A stretch of DNA of 63,890 nt, counting the filler, from Neolecta irregularis DAH-3 (lineage: Eukaryota): assembly GCA_001929475.1 (NCBI GenBank). It is 12 parts of 12 records of this genome, joined end to end, with 100 filler letters (N's around TTAATTAATTAA, not from the genome) between each part and the next. Parts side by side here need not be neighbours in the genome. Positions count along the whole stretch, not along the records: positions 25,335 to 44,123 come from LXFE01000968.1; 11 more parts are not named here. The stretch is one strand, 5' to 3'. Positions 26,511 to 40,030 of the stretch are shown in pieces. The first letter of the stretch is position 1. Each line of letters starts with the position of its first letter. Below the pieces are notes generated by a model, which worked only from the letters and a program-made list of their open reading frames with translations, searched no databases and was not told the DNA's origin. The position numbers and the translations under genes are program-made.

Positions 26511-27144
26511 TCACATTATATTTAAATCTCCAAACTAGGGTCAGCACATTCAAATAAACACATACAGTCTCTTTGTATCCCTTGACTTCCCATTGTCCCT
26601 TTCTAAGCATCTTTTCTACATGCGCATCAATCTCTGGTTTCGCCTTGACCACATCATCCACCTAAACTTAACCACAACCGAAACAAATCATTCATACAGA
26701 AATTTGTTCCATCGGTCGCACTTGTTCAATGTTGGCTAATGTAGCTTGTAAATTATCCAACTCGGCATCAATCTTGACTGCCGTCTTCTCCGCATTCGCA
26801 ACCTATACATGAACTCCACACCCCAATATTCTTCTTACCGCTTTTTCTTCAAATTGCGCAATAGCATCAAGATGACTCTTCACATCAAAAGTCTGTACTT
26901 TGAAATTCTTAAACGCAAGTTCAATTTCCTCTACAACAGCCTGATTCTTCAATACCGATTTATAATATGCAAAGTCCACTGTGGTCGGTTGTGATTCCAA
27001 ATAAGCGACGCGCGATCGAGCTTGATCGTTTCGCTTTCGAAGGGCATGGATGTCTGATATCGCCGATTGTTTTAACCCGAATGAAGTGCTGATTGCTTGC
27101 CAATTTACTTTTGCAGCAGCGCTTTTTAATGCGGACGTGGCCAT
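26511..27144 (-). CDS. ATP7: Mitochondrial ATP synthase subunit d
   Basis: SAAAKVNW, VDFAYYKSVLKNQ, NIEQVRPMEQI, KPEID...KGQWEVKGYKET/FGDL; three introns. Confidence 0.93.
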
Positions 27145-27184
27145 TTAACCGTGGAGGTTGGAAGGTTGGTAATTAATACTGCAT

Positions 27185-27395
27185 CACGATTACATACGAT
27201 AGTACTGGAGAATTAATCACGAAAATTTATTTACGATGTACTAGAGAATTTACTTTACGATAGTACTGGAGAATTTACTTTACGATCTGGAGAATTTATT
27301 TTATGATAGTACTGGAGAATTAATCACGAGAATTTACTTTACGATACTGGAGAATTAATCACGAGAATTTACTTCACGATACTGGACAATTTACT
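27185..27395. repeat. Degenerate AT-rich minisatellite in the ATP7-ARX1 bidirectional promoter
   Basis: About 7-8 variants of TACGAT(AGT)ACTGGAGAATT(AATCACGAGAATT)TACTT. Confidence 0.85.
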
Positions 27396-27415
27396 GCGTC
27401 CAGAAATTTTCTCAC

Positions 27416-28697
27416 ATGGACATTATCAATAGCGATAATATTCTTTCAGATACAGTCGCGCAGAAATATCGACTCGCCGGATCTTTTGCTTCGCTTGTTC
27501 TAGATCAAATTACTCGTCAAGCAGTCTGCGCAACATCAACTTGGACTCTTTGCAAACTAGGCGATTCTCTAATACTCGATTTGGTACTTTTAATTCCAAA
27601 ATTCCTTCTAAGAAAAGTGCGCAAAGGTATATAAAACTGCGAGATATGAAAAGGGGATAGCTGAACCAACTACTATTTCACCACAAAACTGTTTTTTGGG
27701 ATATGCGCCCGAACAAGAACAAGGTGCTTATATTCTACAAGTCGGCGATGTTGTTAAAATGTATGCCCTTGTGAATTATATCTCGCTGATTTCTAGTTCG
27801 CTTGGAGTTCATATAGATGGGTACGCTGCGTTGACTTGTCACACAATGGTTATTCCTCCCGTGCCAGCAGCACCATTAACTGGTCCCCCGGCAAACGCCC
27901 TGTGCGCAGTACATTATACCATCGAAGCTCTAATAAAATTACTCGGTTCATCAAACCCTTCAAATCCAGTAACTGCAAAAATTATCCGCGATCTAGTCGA
28001 CGAGGCAGCAGAATCATTCCAAGTTGGAATAGTCACCGGTTCCCGCGTTTTACGAATCAGAAGATTTTTAACGGGCCAACAAACTATTTTTGAAGATGAT
28101 GCGAAAATAGTCGAGTGGACAGGTACCGATGATTCCAGTGATTGGCAAGTGGAAATAGGGGAAGCGTGGTTACTTGATATAAGAATGACCACTGGTCCAA
28201 ATAAAGTATCTCTCAAACCCCGCAATTTCTTTTACCCGCTAGATTCGAAAACACGCCGATTTAAAAAGTACCATATTCACCAGAGACGTGGTAAACCCAT
28301 ACCCCCCAAAACTCAAAACTTCAAAATCATTATTATCAGAAATCAACTCTGTATTTCCAATTAACCAAACGTACGTTGGATTTTATGTAAATCCTAAAAA
28401 TCCAGGTTTCTAAAAACTCCTCGAGCGCGTCTTGGGATACAGGAATTAGTTTCTCACGGTATATTAATGGCTACACCAGTTCTTTGTGATTCAGAGTCAA
28501 GCATTGTAGCTCGACAAGTTACTACTATTTTATTGTTAAAGACACAAGTACTGCGATTAATCACTCCTTTGAAACCATCTTGGATTCAATCCCCTTTTGA
28601 AATTAAACAAACGGGTATAATAGCAAGACATCTAGAATCAAAAGTAAAAGTACGACAAGTAGATCCAACTACATTAGATAAAATGGATACAACTTGA
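27416..28697 (+). CDS. ARX1: Pre-60S export factor Arx1 (M24 fold)
   Basis: NILSDTVAQKYRLAG, EKGIAEPTTI, GDVVK/SLGVHIDGY, GSRVLRIRRFLTGQ. Confidence 0.88.
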
Positions 28698-28704
28698 TTT
28701 AGAG

Positions 28705-29062
28705 TTATTGCGTTCCATTATGTTTCTGTTCTATTTCATCTAATTGGGATTTGGCTTCATCCAGATCCTGTTGTTGTCTTTCAAGCTTTTTTCGAAGTTG
28801 TGCCAATTTTTCAATTTCGCGTTGTCGAATAGCCTAAGATTAGATTACGGTATTATCGGGAAAACCTGGTCTTCCATTGCTTTCTCTCGATTAGAAAAGG
28901 CGTCGCTTGGGTTTTAGATGGTTAAAGTGCTTCTAGGTACCCGTAGTGTGAACCGGCTGGTCGGATACCACCAACAGATCCTGGGTTATCCGACATGTAT
29001 CTCGATCCCATACGCATGGAAAGAGAAACGTTTCGAGGAATATGGTTAAACGTGCGGAGCAT
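28705..29062 (-). CDS. INH1: Mitochondrial F1Fo ATPase inhibitor (IATP family)
   Basis: Presequence followed by GSVGGIR...DAFSNREKAMEDQ/AIRQREIEKLAQLRKKL; two introns. Confidence 0.88.
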
Positions 29063-29175
29063 CTTGAACTGTCTGGAGGTTGATGTAAGAGGTTGGTTGA
29101 CAAATGACGCACTCTTAAACTGTCTGGAACTCAAAGTACATTGTATCTTGTATCTTGAACAGAAAACTATCTAAA

Positions 29176-30430
29176 TCATCCCATATATGAAATCGGATCT
29201 GTATGGAAAGAAGGGAACCCCCTCTGCTGAAATTGACCTCCATTCTGCATTCTCTGTTGTGGTGATTTAGGCCTCAACATCTCAATCTCAGCATGGGGAC
29301 CAAGAAGTGTCCCATCCTGAAAGAAACGATTATATGTATCTGGACAATAATTGGACACCGACATTGTTCGTCCTACCGTAACCCATCCCCGGCGCAAATT
29401 ATCATCCTTGAAGATTAAAATGATATTTTACTAAAGAAATCTTTACGGAACCAAACAGTTCTAAACGTTTCCGTCCTTGACAAAAGTTTTCAATGATTTG
29501 ATAGATTTCTTCAGGTTTCTTTGTACTATCTTCCATCAGTTTCAAGGAGAAAAGTATTATTACCGGCAGGTTCCTCATCCGCGACAATGATATCAGTATC
29601 CACATTACAATGTATAAGTCGACCATCTGAAGATCTTCGAACAGTTCCTTTAATCCCCATAAGACAATGCTCTTTAGTCGTGACAAAAACTCCCTGGTTA
29701 AATCTATTCATTTGCTTGGTATCAGGCCCAACTGTAGTTTTAACCCAAACTACATCTTCAGCACGTCGAAATCCATGATGTTTAAGAAGTAATCGTCCAG
29801 TTTCTAAATCTAATTGTGTACCAATCCATAAAAATAAAAAACACGGCGTTTGAGAAAGTTCAGAGATTGGCAAAGAGTACAAGTCAACTCTGTCCGTCAA
29901 TCAATTTGGTATAGTTGAAAGGTTTACCCCTCGGTTTTGCTTCCAATTACTATGACGTTGAATTTATTAATGCTTGTCGGAGAGTTCAACATTTCCAGTA
30001 GATTTCGATTGTAATCCCATTGAACACTGATAGGCGGATGTGCTCTAGCAGTCACAAACCCTTGTTTGAGAGAGACCAGGTGTTGCAATTTCGGATAACC
30101 TTCAAATCGCGTTTGAGGCGTTCTTTTCTGGATATAATTCTGCGGTCTTGAACGAGTCGAAATATAAGACGTAGATAAATCATTGACGACCGAGTCGGAG
30201 GTTTGGTAAGATTGACGATACGTTGGCACTTTTCTGATTGAATTATCGCGCAAATTTTCTTCGTCCGTGTGCTTTGATGTTGTTTTGACTATCACTGGTT
30301 CAGGTTTTGTTAGCTTGAAGATTAGTGCTCTCTGAACGGCTCTATCATTGAGTAAATGCAATATCGCGTCTTCAGAAACAGAGTAATTGAAATCCGAAGG
30401 GGATGTCTCTGGTCGTGGAATTGGGTCCAT
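29176..30430 (-). CDS. KAR4: MT-A70 family m6A methyltransferase non-catalytic subunit (Kar4/METTL14-like)
   Basis: SRPQNYI...FEGYPKL, FLFLWIG, GFRRAEDVVWVKT, TKEHCLMGIKGTVRRSSDGRLIHCNVDTDII, IIENFCQGRKRLELFG, LRPKSP. Confidence 0.88.
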
Positions 30431-30567
30431 GAATGACGGGCAAAGAAACCTCAACTACCGCATGTTCAAGCATAAAAGACAGTAAACGGTAGCGTCAAGA
30501 TGAAGACATGGGCTTTGACAAGCTTGATTTTGAAAAACTGATTCGTGGTAAAAAGAATATTGAAAAG

Positions 30568-31020
30568 TCACTGGGAGGTCTTTGGTCTATTGGTGAAATT
30601 GCCTGGTATCAACCAGTCATACTTGAAGAATCTCGCTTCTTTTTGTGGAGTTTTTAGCTCAAAATATATCAGCGTCGTGGTTAGCCTCACCACCAAATCC
30701 TTCCTCCCTCTTCTCTGTCGCTCAAACACTTTACCGTCCGCCAAAGAATTAATTCCATTGAGGTTAGTCCGTCTCTCCCTTCTTCGCTTGAGGCATGTCG
30801 CTCTGTTCTGGTCTTTTTTTTTCGACCCACGCCCCTCCATATTTTCTTGTAAAGCCAGGGGGTGTTTGTCACAACATGGCCAACAACAAGAGAGATTAAG
30901 GGCTTTGAAAAGTGTTGAACATACACCATAGTCAAAACTCGGCAATTGAGTCCATCCTTCTCGAATCGAGGGCGTCTCCGGAGAAATATAACAAGGATTT
31001 GGAATGACGTAAGTCGTCAT
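30568..31020 (-). CDS. Hypothetical basic protein
   Basis: 150-codon ATG-started ORF divergent from 14-3-3; no family recognised; may contain an intron. Confidence 0.3.
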   Translation of the reverse strand: MTTYVIPNPCYISPETPSIREGWTQLPSFDYGVCSTLFKALNLSCCWPCCDKHPLALQENMEGRGSKKKDQNRATCLKRRRERRTNLNGINSLADGKVFERQRRGRKDLVVRLTTTLIYFELKTPQKEARFFKYDWLIPGNFTNRPKTSQ

Positions 31021-31125
31021 ACGACCAGACCCACTGCCCGCTACCTCAAGCGTGTTCCATTTTTGTGATTTTAATTCGTGGCCTCAAAGGAGATTAACTA
31101 ATGCTTCCAGATTATATCAAACACA

Positions 31126-32095
31126 ATGTCATCAGGTCGTGAAGCATCCGTTTATTTAGCCAAGCTTGCTGAACAGGCCGAGCGATATGAAGGTATTTTC
31201 AAGGGGTTTACAGCATGCAAATTCTACTAGAAATGGTCGAAAACATGAAAAATGTCGCTTCTGTTGATCAAGAGCTCACGGTTGAGGAGCGGAATCTTTT
31301 ATCGGTTTTTAGTCACGCGCCCTACCGCGATGACTAACAGTTCAGGTCGCATACAAGAACGTGATCGGTGCACGAAGGGCGTCCTGGAGGATCGTTTCAT
31401 CGATTGAGCAAAAGGAAGAGTCCAAGGGCAACAACTCGCAAGCAACTCTTATCAAAGAGTATCGACAAAAGATCGAAGCCGAGCTTGCAAAAATCTGCGA
31501 AGATATCTTGGAAGTTCTCGACATGCATCTCATTCCCTCTGCCGTATCCGGCGAGTCCAAGGTCTTCTATTACAAGATGTTTGTTTCATCTTGAACAAAT
31601 TTTATGCTCACAATTTTAGGAAGGGAGACTATCATCGATATCTTGCAGAATTCTCTATTGGAAGCAAGCGATCCGACTCTTCTGAGAAATCTCTTGAATC
31701 GTACAAAGCTGCAAGTGACGTAGCTGTTACCGAACTTCCTCCTACTCATCCCATTCGACTCGGGCTTGCACTCAATTTCTCAGTCTTCTACTACGAAATT
31801 CTCGGTTCTCCTGATCGAGCGTGTCACCTCGCGAAGCAAGCTTTTGATGACGCCATTGCCGAGCTCGATACTCTTTCTGAGGAATCTTACAAGGACTCGA
31901 CTTTGATTATGGTATATCCGCTACAATGATTATATGTTAAATCACTAGCAATTGTTGCGAGACAATCTAACATTGTGGACGAGCGATATAAGCGATGAAA
32001 AGGAGGCTGCCAGTGAGGAAACCACTGCCAAACAAGAAGAGAAGACTGCTGGTCCCGCACACGCAAGCGCTGATAATGTCGAGGAGCAAACTTAG
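31126..32095 (+). CDS. rad24: 14-3-3 protein (Rad24/BMH family)
   Basis: [76 protein letters not shown]; four coding introns. Confidence 0.97.
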
Positions 32096-32463
32096 ATACG
32101 GCACTGTGAAATAGGCGGCAGACATATACAAATCAAACAATTTTCCAGAATCTAAAGTATTCCACTCCATGTAAATTCTGCTGCCTGGACGTGACAACTT
32201 TAATGAACTATGGTGGTGACAACTGAACTTGAAAATTCTTGTTGAGCAGGAACCCCCTCCTACCTCCAACCTTTTCCTTCACTTTCTCTACTTTACGACC
32301 TCGACGCCGTCGTGGATTAGTGTGAGAAGAATCTAGAAGTTGGTGTTGTTGAAGTCGCAGACGTTGTTTTGTTGAGGGAGTTTGTCCGTCTATACTTGCT
32401 GCAACGTATGCCTTTCTTCAACGCTTTTTCGCGCTTCTCCTCTCACCGTCCGCAGCAAAAACC

Positions 32464-33281
32464 ATGTCGCTCCAAGGAAAAGCCTGCTATAAAGTATCAC
32501 GGCCAATTTCTACATCTCTTTATTCTCTAGTGTGGAAATCTCGGTCATTTCGCCGAAGCCTGCGAGTCTCCGGAAAGGTATTAAATCCAAATTCTGTAAG
32601 CGTATGCACTGATGTTGACAGACTCTGCTACAATTGTAAGGCTCCTGGTCACGAAAGCAACGCTTGTTCCATGCCCCGAACGGCTGGTAGACACACTAGC
32701 ATCGCGTCGCGCTTATATGTTGTAGAAGCCAAGCAATGCTACCACTGCCAGGGAAAAGGCCATATTCGAGCAGATTGTCCTACCTTGCGTATAATTGGAC
32801 AACAGCAACGATGTTACAACTGTGGTGCATTAAACCATATCGCTAGACAGTGTGAGAAACCAGCTGCTCCACGACGAATGGTCAATGGAACCAATGGATT
32901 CGGTTCTTCCCCTGCTCGAAACGGTCGGTTCTCTACCTGCTACAGATGTGGAGGTGTGCTTTGTTTAAATCCTTCTGTTGACCATTTTCAGGGCCAAACC
33001 ACTTTGCTCGGGACTGTCAAGCAACTACGAGCAAATGTTTCAGCTGCTCCAAGTATGGACACACCAGTAAAGAATGCACAAATGCACCGAACGGCAAGTT
33101 CAACGGAAACAAAAAAAGTACGTGCTCGTAACTTACGTTCTTACCAATTTTCTTAGCATGCTATCGATGTGGAAACCCTGACCATCTAGCTCGATACTGC
33201 ACCGAGTCCCCGGCGGCTTCGGCGGCTTCGGCGGCTTCGGAGACAAACGCCTCCGCCCCAGTTGATGTTGCAGTCAACTAG
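32464..33281 (+). CDS. GIS2: CCHC zinc-knuckle nucleic-acid binding protein (Gis2/Byr3/CNBP)
   Basis: Seven CX2CX4HX4C knuckles after splicing (CYKCGNLGHFAEAC, CYNCKAPGHESNAC, CYHCQGKGHIRADC, etc.). Confidence 0.9.
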
Positions 33282-33560
33282 AAAGAGATTCCCTGGTTCA
33301 GGAAGACAATTTTCCAATATACAACGAGATCCGCAATTGCGAGTATAATGCTGTGCTTACTTTGAATATATTTTCGCATATAACTTTTCTTGTCAATAAA
33401 CTTTGCAAGTCTTGAGATTTTTGTTGCCCTAATTACTTTACTCAGGCATACCCTGCTTTGCTGACGGTCTGTCTGAACTTGCAGGGAAATGCTCGTGGTA
33501 AATATTCTCCACCACTAAATTTTTCCGCCACCGTGATCGCTCGTTCACTCATAGCTACCC

Positions 33561-35769
33561 ATGTCATCAGCTGCAAAGGCCAAAAGAAAAGAGGCTCGCG
33601 CCGCAAAAACAACCAGCAAGCCAGGCTCTAGAATTGCTTCTAAAGTTGCCACACCTGCAGACAGCGCAAATGGATCCTTACAGAATTCGCGTAGGCCCTC
33701 TATAGATGGCTTAAATATGGAACAAGCAAATATCCGGAAAAGTGAACGTTCCGTTACTGGTGTCTTGACCTCTCAAGAGATGAGCCGTGATATCAAGATC
33801 GAATCCTTTAATTTAAATTATCATGGTAGGCTTTTGATTGAAAATGCTACTATTGAACTTAATTATCCAAGGCGATAGTACGTGCGGCTTTTTCACTTTC
33901 CCGATTTGCCTGCCATGTTACTGACATGATTCAGCGGTCTTCTTGGAGCAAACGGGTCCGGGAAGACCACGTTCCTGGAGAGTTTGGCGGCTCGAGACAT
34001 TCCTATTCCTTCTCACATCGAAGTTTGTCCATTTTCTCAAGAGTCAAGCTAAAGAATAGATCTTTCTTCTCAACTCGGAAGCAGAACCTTCAGAGATGAA
34101 TGCTCTCGATTTTATCATCCATCAAGCTAATAAGCGCGTTGAACAAATCGAACGTGAAATTGAAGAGCTATCAGCAGCTGAACCTCTTGATGAAATTGCT
34201 CTCGCAGCCAAATACGAACAACTAGAGGACCTAGATCCTAGTACTTTCGAAGTTCGTGCCAGCGTTATCCTTTCCGGTCTCGGTTTCGTTCAAGACATGA
34301 TGAAAAAATCTACTAAAGACATGAGCGGTGGGTGGAGAATGCGGGTTGCTCTTGGACAAGCTCTATTTATTAAGCCTGCTTTACTCCTTCTTGGTATATT
34401 TCATATCATGCTGTTTTCTCACAGAGCAGATGAGCCTACAAACCATCTGGATCTTGAAGCGGTTGTATGGTTGGAAACATATTTGGCAGGATACTCGCAT
34501 TGTCTGGTAGTAAACTCTCATTCGCAAGACTTTCTGAACAACGGTATATTACTCTATCTATGATCTTGTCGTTTCTAATTTTCACAGTTTGTAACGAAAT
34601 TATGGATCTGACTCTCGACAAAAAGCTCGAGTACTATGGCGGCAACTTTGATACATATGTTCGAACGAAATCTGAAAAGGAAACCAACCAAACTAAGGCC
34701 TGTATGTTTCTGCTACATGTGTTTTGCTCAGATCTAGATCATAAACAACAAGAAGAAATCGCCCACATAAAAAAGTTCATTGCCAGTGCTGGTACATATG
34801 CAAATCTTGTTCGTCAGGCCAAGTCGAAACAGAAAATAATCGACAAAATGGAAGCCGCTGGTCTCATCAAGCCGGTCCTCCTTCCGCCCCAAGTGAACTT
34901 CAAGTTCAACGATATGCCTAAGCTTCCCCCACCTGTTATTGCATTTAATGACGGTACTGTTCTTCTTCTCATTTAATACTCACACCCAGTTGCTTTTGCA
35001 TATAATGACAAGGTTGAAAATTATCTCTATAAAAAGCTCTCCTTTGGTATTGATATGGATTCCAGAGTTGCTATCGTCGGGAAGAATGGAACCGGTATAA
35101 TCTATATTGGCACTGTTCTGACCCCAGGCAAATCCACTTTACTAAACCTTATCATGGGTCTACTGTCACCCTCGGATGGTACAATCCAAAAACACCCTGG
35201 TCTCAAACTTGGTAAAATCCCGTGGTAATGTTTCATATTTATGGTTCAGCGAAGTACTCTCAACATTCTGCTGACCAACTACCGTTTGACAAGTCTCCGC
35301 TTGAGCATTTCGAGAGCACCTTTAAGCCCAAGTTTCCAGACAAGGATATACAGTTCTGGCGGTCACAGATCGGGCGATTCGGTATATCTGGCACCCATCA
35401 GACTAGTAGAATCGAGACTCTCTCTGACGGCTTGAAAGCTCGTGTGGTTTTCGCTCAACTCGCCTTCGAGAGTCCTCATATCCTCCGTATGTTCATACTG
35501 AAACAGTGCTGATATAAGTGCTTGATGAACCCACCAACCACTTAGATATCCCTTCTATTGATGCACTTGCCAAAGCATGCAAGGAGTTCAGCGGTGGTGT
35601 TGTGTTGGTAAGTCACGATTTCCGATTGATTTCACAAGTCGCAAATGAGTTATGGGAAGTTAAAAATAAAAATGTCAAAAAACTTAATCTGACTATCGAG
35701 CAGTACAAACAGACACTCGTCAAGGAAAGTCGAGCTGCTCTAAATAAAGTCAAGCAAAAGAAGTATTAG
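33561..35769 (+). CDS. ARB1: ABC-F family ATPase (Arb1/ABCF2)
   Basis: GANGSGKT, MSGGWRMR, DEPTNHLD (twice), FIASAGTYANLVRQAKSKQK, LSDG; many short introns. Confidence 0.95.
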
Positions 35770-35896
35770 AAACTCGAGGCTTATTTTCTTCTTTATCTTA
35801 TTTTAGGACATATTTCTATACACGCTCAGGTCAATACAATCGATGTCAGAAGTCTGAAAAATCACGAGGCTTTATGCATATATGATTAATAATCCA

Positions 35897-36225
35897 CTAT
35901 TGAGTTTTGAATTCCCTCTCAACTTCTATGTCTTCAACGTGGTCGTGCTTCTTGAAATACTTCTCAAACGCTACGGCTTGATCTGTGGGAATATCGACAC
36001 TGAAACCCATGAATGTGACGTCAAAGGTGTGGCCGATTTTTCCTATATCATCAGATTTATTGACAGATTGAAAGGTCCGTCAAATAGATTACGTACCATC
36101 AAAATCGATTTGAGCTCTAGCTATAGCACTAACGAATGAGAAACCGGTTTAAACTTTACTTACTCGTTCAGCTCTTCTTTCGTTGCAGATTTCTTAAGTC
36201 TGACTACAAATTGCTTACCGTTCAT
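35897..36225 (-). CDS. Peptidase inhibitor I9 family small protein
   Basis: Spliced MNGKQFVVRLKKSATKEELND/AIARAQIDFD/GKIGHTFDVTFMGFSVDIP...HDHVEDIEVEREFKTQ*. Confidence 0.75.
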
Positions 36226-36497
36226 GATTGCTGATGATTTAATGGTAATATGGAAGGATATCACTTTGCCCAGCAGGTTCAGAGGCTGCATTCTCTCCGG
36301 ATCTGTGACCTCATTCAACGTAGCAAACTTTATGCACTTCAAAACTTTATTACATGTTTGAATATAATACTGGGTACTTTTTCTAAAGCCATTTGCAATA
36401 TTATGTATGAGATGTGATCTGATATTTCCACCGACCCAATATAGCCATGAAAAAGTTTCAGTGGATTACAATCTCCGAATATCAGTCCCGTACCTAG

Positions 36498-39400
36498 ATG
36501 GACGCGGCTACCCGTCTTCATAAGCGGCATAACAAATCAAAAACCGGGGGAAAGGCTGATAAAAAGCCCAAGAATCGAGATCAGATAAAAAATCGAAGTC
36601 TAAAAGGATTCACAGCTGGAAAAGGAGCCAACAAAAATGCTCGGCGAAATGCAGACCTCTTAGAAAAGAAACTTCATGTCCCGCTAATCGACCGGACACC
36701 TGATGATCCTCCACCAATCTGTGTAGCTGTGGTGGGGCCGCCTGGGGCAAGCTTCACCTATGAGGCAAGATGCTGTGACTAATCGACATAGACCGGGAAA
36801 ACAACTTTAATCCGTTCCCTTGTCAAAAGATTGAGTAAACACACTCTTACAACAATTACTGGACCAATTACTGTTGTTTCAGGAAAACATCGGCGATTGA
36901 CTTTCGTCGAATGCACCAATGATATGAATACCATGATCGATGTTGCTAAAGTCGCGGATCTTGTACTTCTCTTGATTGATGGAAATTACGGCTTTGAGAT
37001 GGTAGGGTTTTACTCCTCCGTTTCTAAATGATGTAGGAAACCATGGAATTCCTCAATATTTCAGCAGCTCACGGAATGCCGAAAATCATGGGCGTTCTTA
37101 CGCACCTGGATCTTTTCAAGAAACCTGCCTCGCTCCGTGCGGCGAAAAAAAGCCTCAAGAAACGCTTCTGGAACGAACTATATCAAGGAGCAAAACTATT
37201 TTATTTGTCTGGTGTCATTAACGGTCGATACCCTGATCGAGAAATTCACAACCTTTCGCGATTTATTTCAGTCATGAAATTCAGACCTTTGATTTGGAGA
37301 AATGCGCATCCCTACCTCGTTGCAGATCGAATGGAAGATTTAACCCCCCCGCAACAGGTGCATGAAGAACCAAAATGCGATCGTACAATTACATTATATG
37401 GATATCTCCGTGGGACAAACTTATCAGATAATCAAGCCCGCATACATATACCTGGAATTGATGACTTTACAATATCGGATATTGCAGCACTGCCAGATCC
37501 ATGCCCTGCACCAGGTGCGCCCGGTGTGAAAAAACGAAGGAGCTTGAGCGAAAAGCAAAAACTGATATACGCACCTCTTTCTGGTGCTGGTGGAATCACT
37601 TTCGATAAAGACGCCGTTCACATCGACATCCCTACCACAAATTTCACTCGAGACGAAGATATGTCTCAAAACAGCGAGGATGAGGACGGCATCGGCGAGA
37701 GACTTGTAATGGGCCTTCAAGGCGCCAAAAAAGGCCTAGGCGAATCAGAAAACGGAATACAATTGTTTCAAGGAGGCAGCAATATTCATCGGTTAGAATT
37801 GGGAGATGGAAGGTCGTCAAAACGTCATTCGCGTGGATTTAGAGACATTGAAGAAGACATCAAAAGCAACGAAGAGTCAGGACTTGATGACAACGAGCAG
37901 TCTGAGCCGGACAAAGATGACGACTATCAATCCGGGACGGCTGGCTTTCTTGAGCACGAAGAAGCTGAGCAAACTGAAGATGTGGCATTTCTAGATACTG
38001 ATAGTGAACTTGGCGATTTCAGCGAGGATGATGACGGGAACCCTCTCGAAAAGAGCGCATTGGCATGGAAAGACAACCTTCAGTTAAAAGCGATTCAACT
38101 CTACAATTCCAACCACCGCAAGATAGATTTAACTCGTTTAATTTATGATACAGAAGTACATCATTCACCATCGCAGGTTATTCGTACTTTCCTTGGTCTT
38201 GAAATATCCGATCACCAGAAAGAAAACACAGAAGACGATTTTTTCCAAGTCAAGGAGAATGGAGTTCAACCCCTGCAAGAAAACTACGATACATTTAAAC
38301 CTAAATACACAGAGGAGTTATTAATGCGATGGGAAAATGATGACATCCTCGAGAGGTTACGAGATCGTTTCACGCAGAGTGGACTCAATGTCGATGGAAA
38401 GGAAGGCGATCATAATACCGAAGGGTCTGTAACCGGTGATTTCGAAGATCTTGAAGAGACCGTTGATAGAGACGAAGGAGTTGAAAATCTTCCCGATACT
38501 ATGAATACAGGTTCGAATGTGGAGCTTAGCCTGGAGAAAGAGAGAGAAAGAAACGCTTTGCGGAAGGAAGAGCTAAAATCCCGGTTTGAAGAGGAAGAGC
38601 ATCCTGAAGGCGAAGAATCAGATGCACTTGGCGAAAATGATGGTGAAACCTGGCACGATAAGCAAAAGTCGATGATGCAGAAGCAACTTGATTTCAACAA
38701 GAAAGAAGTGGAAGAGATGGATCTGGCAAGTCGTATCAGAATACAAGGTCATATACCGGGCACTTACGTGCGGCTCGTTCTAAAAGGTGTGCCCTATGAG
38801 TTTGTGGAAAAGTTTGATCCTTGTTATCCGATTATCGTTGGTGGCTTGTCAACACAGGAACAGCAATTCGGTTTTCTCAACGTACGTATCAAGAAACATA
38901 GATGGCATAAAAAGATACTAAAGACAAACGACCCGTTAATATTCAGCCTCGGTTGGAGGAGGTTTCAGTCCATCCCAATCTATTCGACCAGTGACAATCG
39001 AGTTCGACAGCGAATGCTCAAGTATACGCCTGAGCATATGCATTGTTTCGCATCCTTTTACGGTCCGCTTGTTCCGCCTAATACCGGGTTTTGTGCTGTT
39101 CAGGCTGTTGCAGCAAAGCATGCTTCGAATAACTTTCGTATCTCCGCTACAGGTGTTGTTCTCGATCTAGATCAGTCTACGGAAATTGTCAAGAAAATCA
39201 AATTGACAGGTCATCCTTACAAGATTTATAAGAACACGGCATTCATCAAAGATATGTTCAACACTTCCTTGGAAGTTGCGAAATTTGAAGGTGCACAAAT
39301 TCGGACGGTATCGGGGGTTCGTGGGCAAGTAAAGAAGGCCTTGACAAAGCCAGAAGGCCACTTTCGAGCGACATTTGAGGACAAGATTTTGATGAGTGGT

Positions 39401-40030
39401 ATTTTATTCGTGTCAGAATAGTATTGACGCTCTAGACATTATTTTTCTGCGCGCTTACTACGCAATCAAACCCAGAAAGTTTTACAATCCCGTCACGTCT
39501 TTGTTAGTCGAAGACAAGATTGAATGGGAAGGTATGCGATTAACTGGCCAAGTACGACATTCCGAAAACCTGAAAACCCCCCTTCCGCCAGACTCGCAGT
39601 ATAAGGTATACAAAACTTCTATTTCACTTCTGATCGTGATTAGAAAATTGAGAGACAAGAGCGCCATTTTAATACTCTCAAGATTCCAAGAGCCTTACAG
39701 TCGTCGTTGCCATTTTCTTCGAAACATCGATTAATGAAGCCTCGTAAGAAGGAAGGCTATTCACAAAAGCGAGCTGTAGTGCTCGGCGGCGAAGAGAAAA
39801 AGGCTCGGGACCTATTACAGAAACTCAACCTGTTACGGAAAGAAAAGGAGCAGAAACGTAAGCAAAAACAGGAAGAACGGAAACAAGGATATCGAAAAAA
39901 GATTAAAGATATCGAGCAACGCCAAAGTGAGAAAGCGAAGACTGAAAAAAAGGAGTATTTTAGGAAACAAGGTAAAAAGCGCAAGTCGAGTGATCGAGGC
40001 GGAGAACCAAATAAACGACGGAAGGAATAA
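36498..40030 (+). CDS. BMS1: 40S ribosome biogenesis GTPase Bms1
   Basis: [69 protein letters not shown]. Confidence 0.97.
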
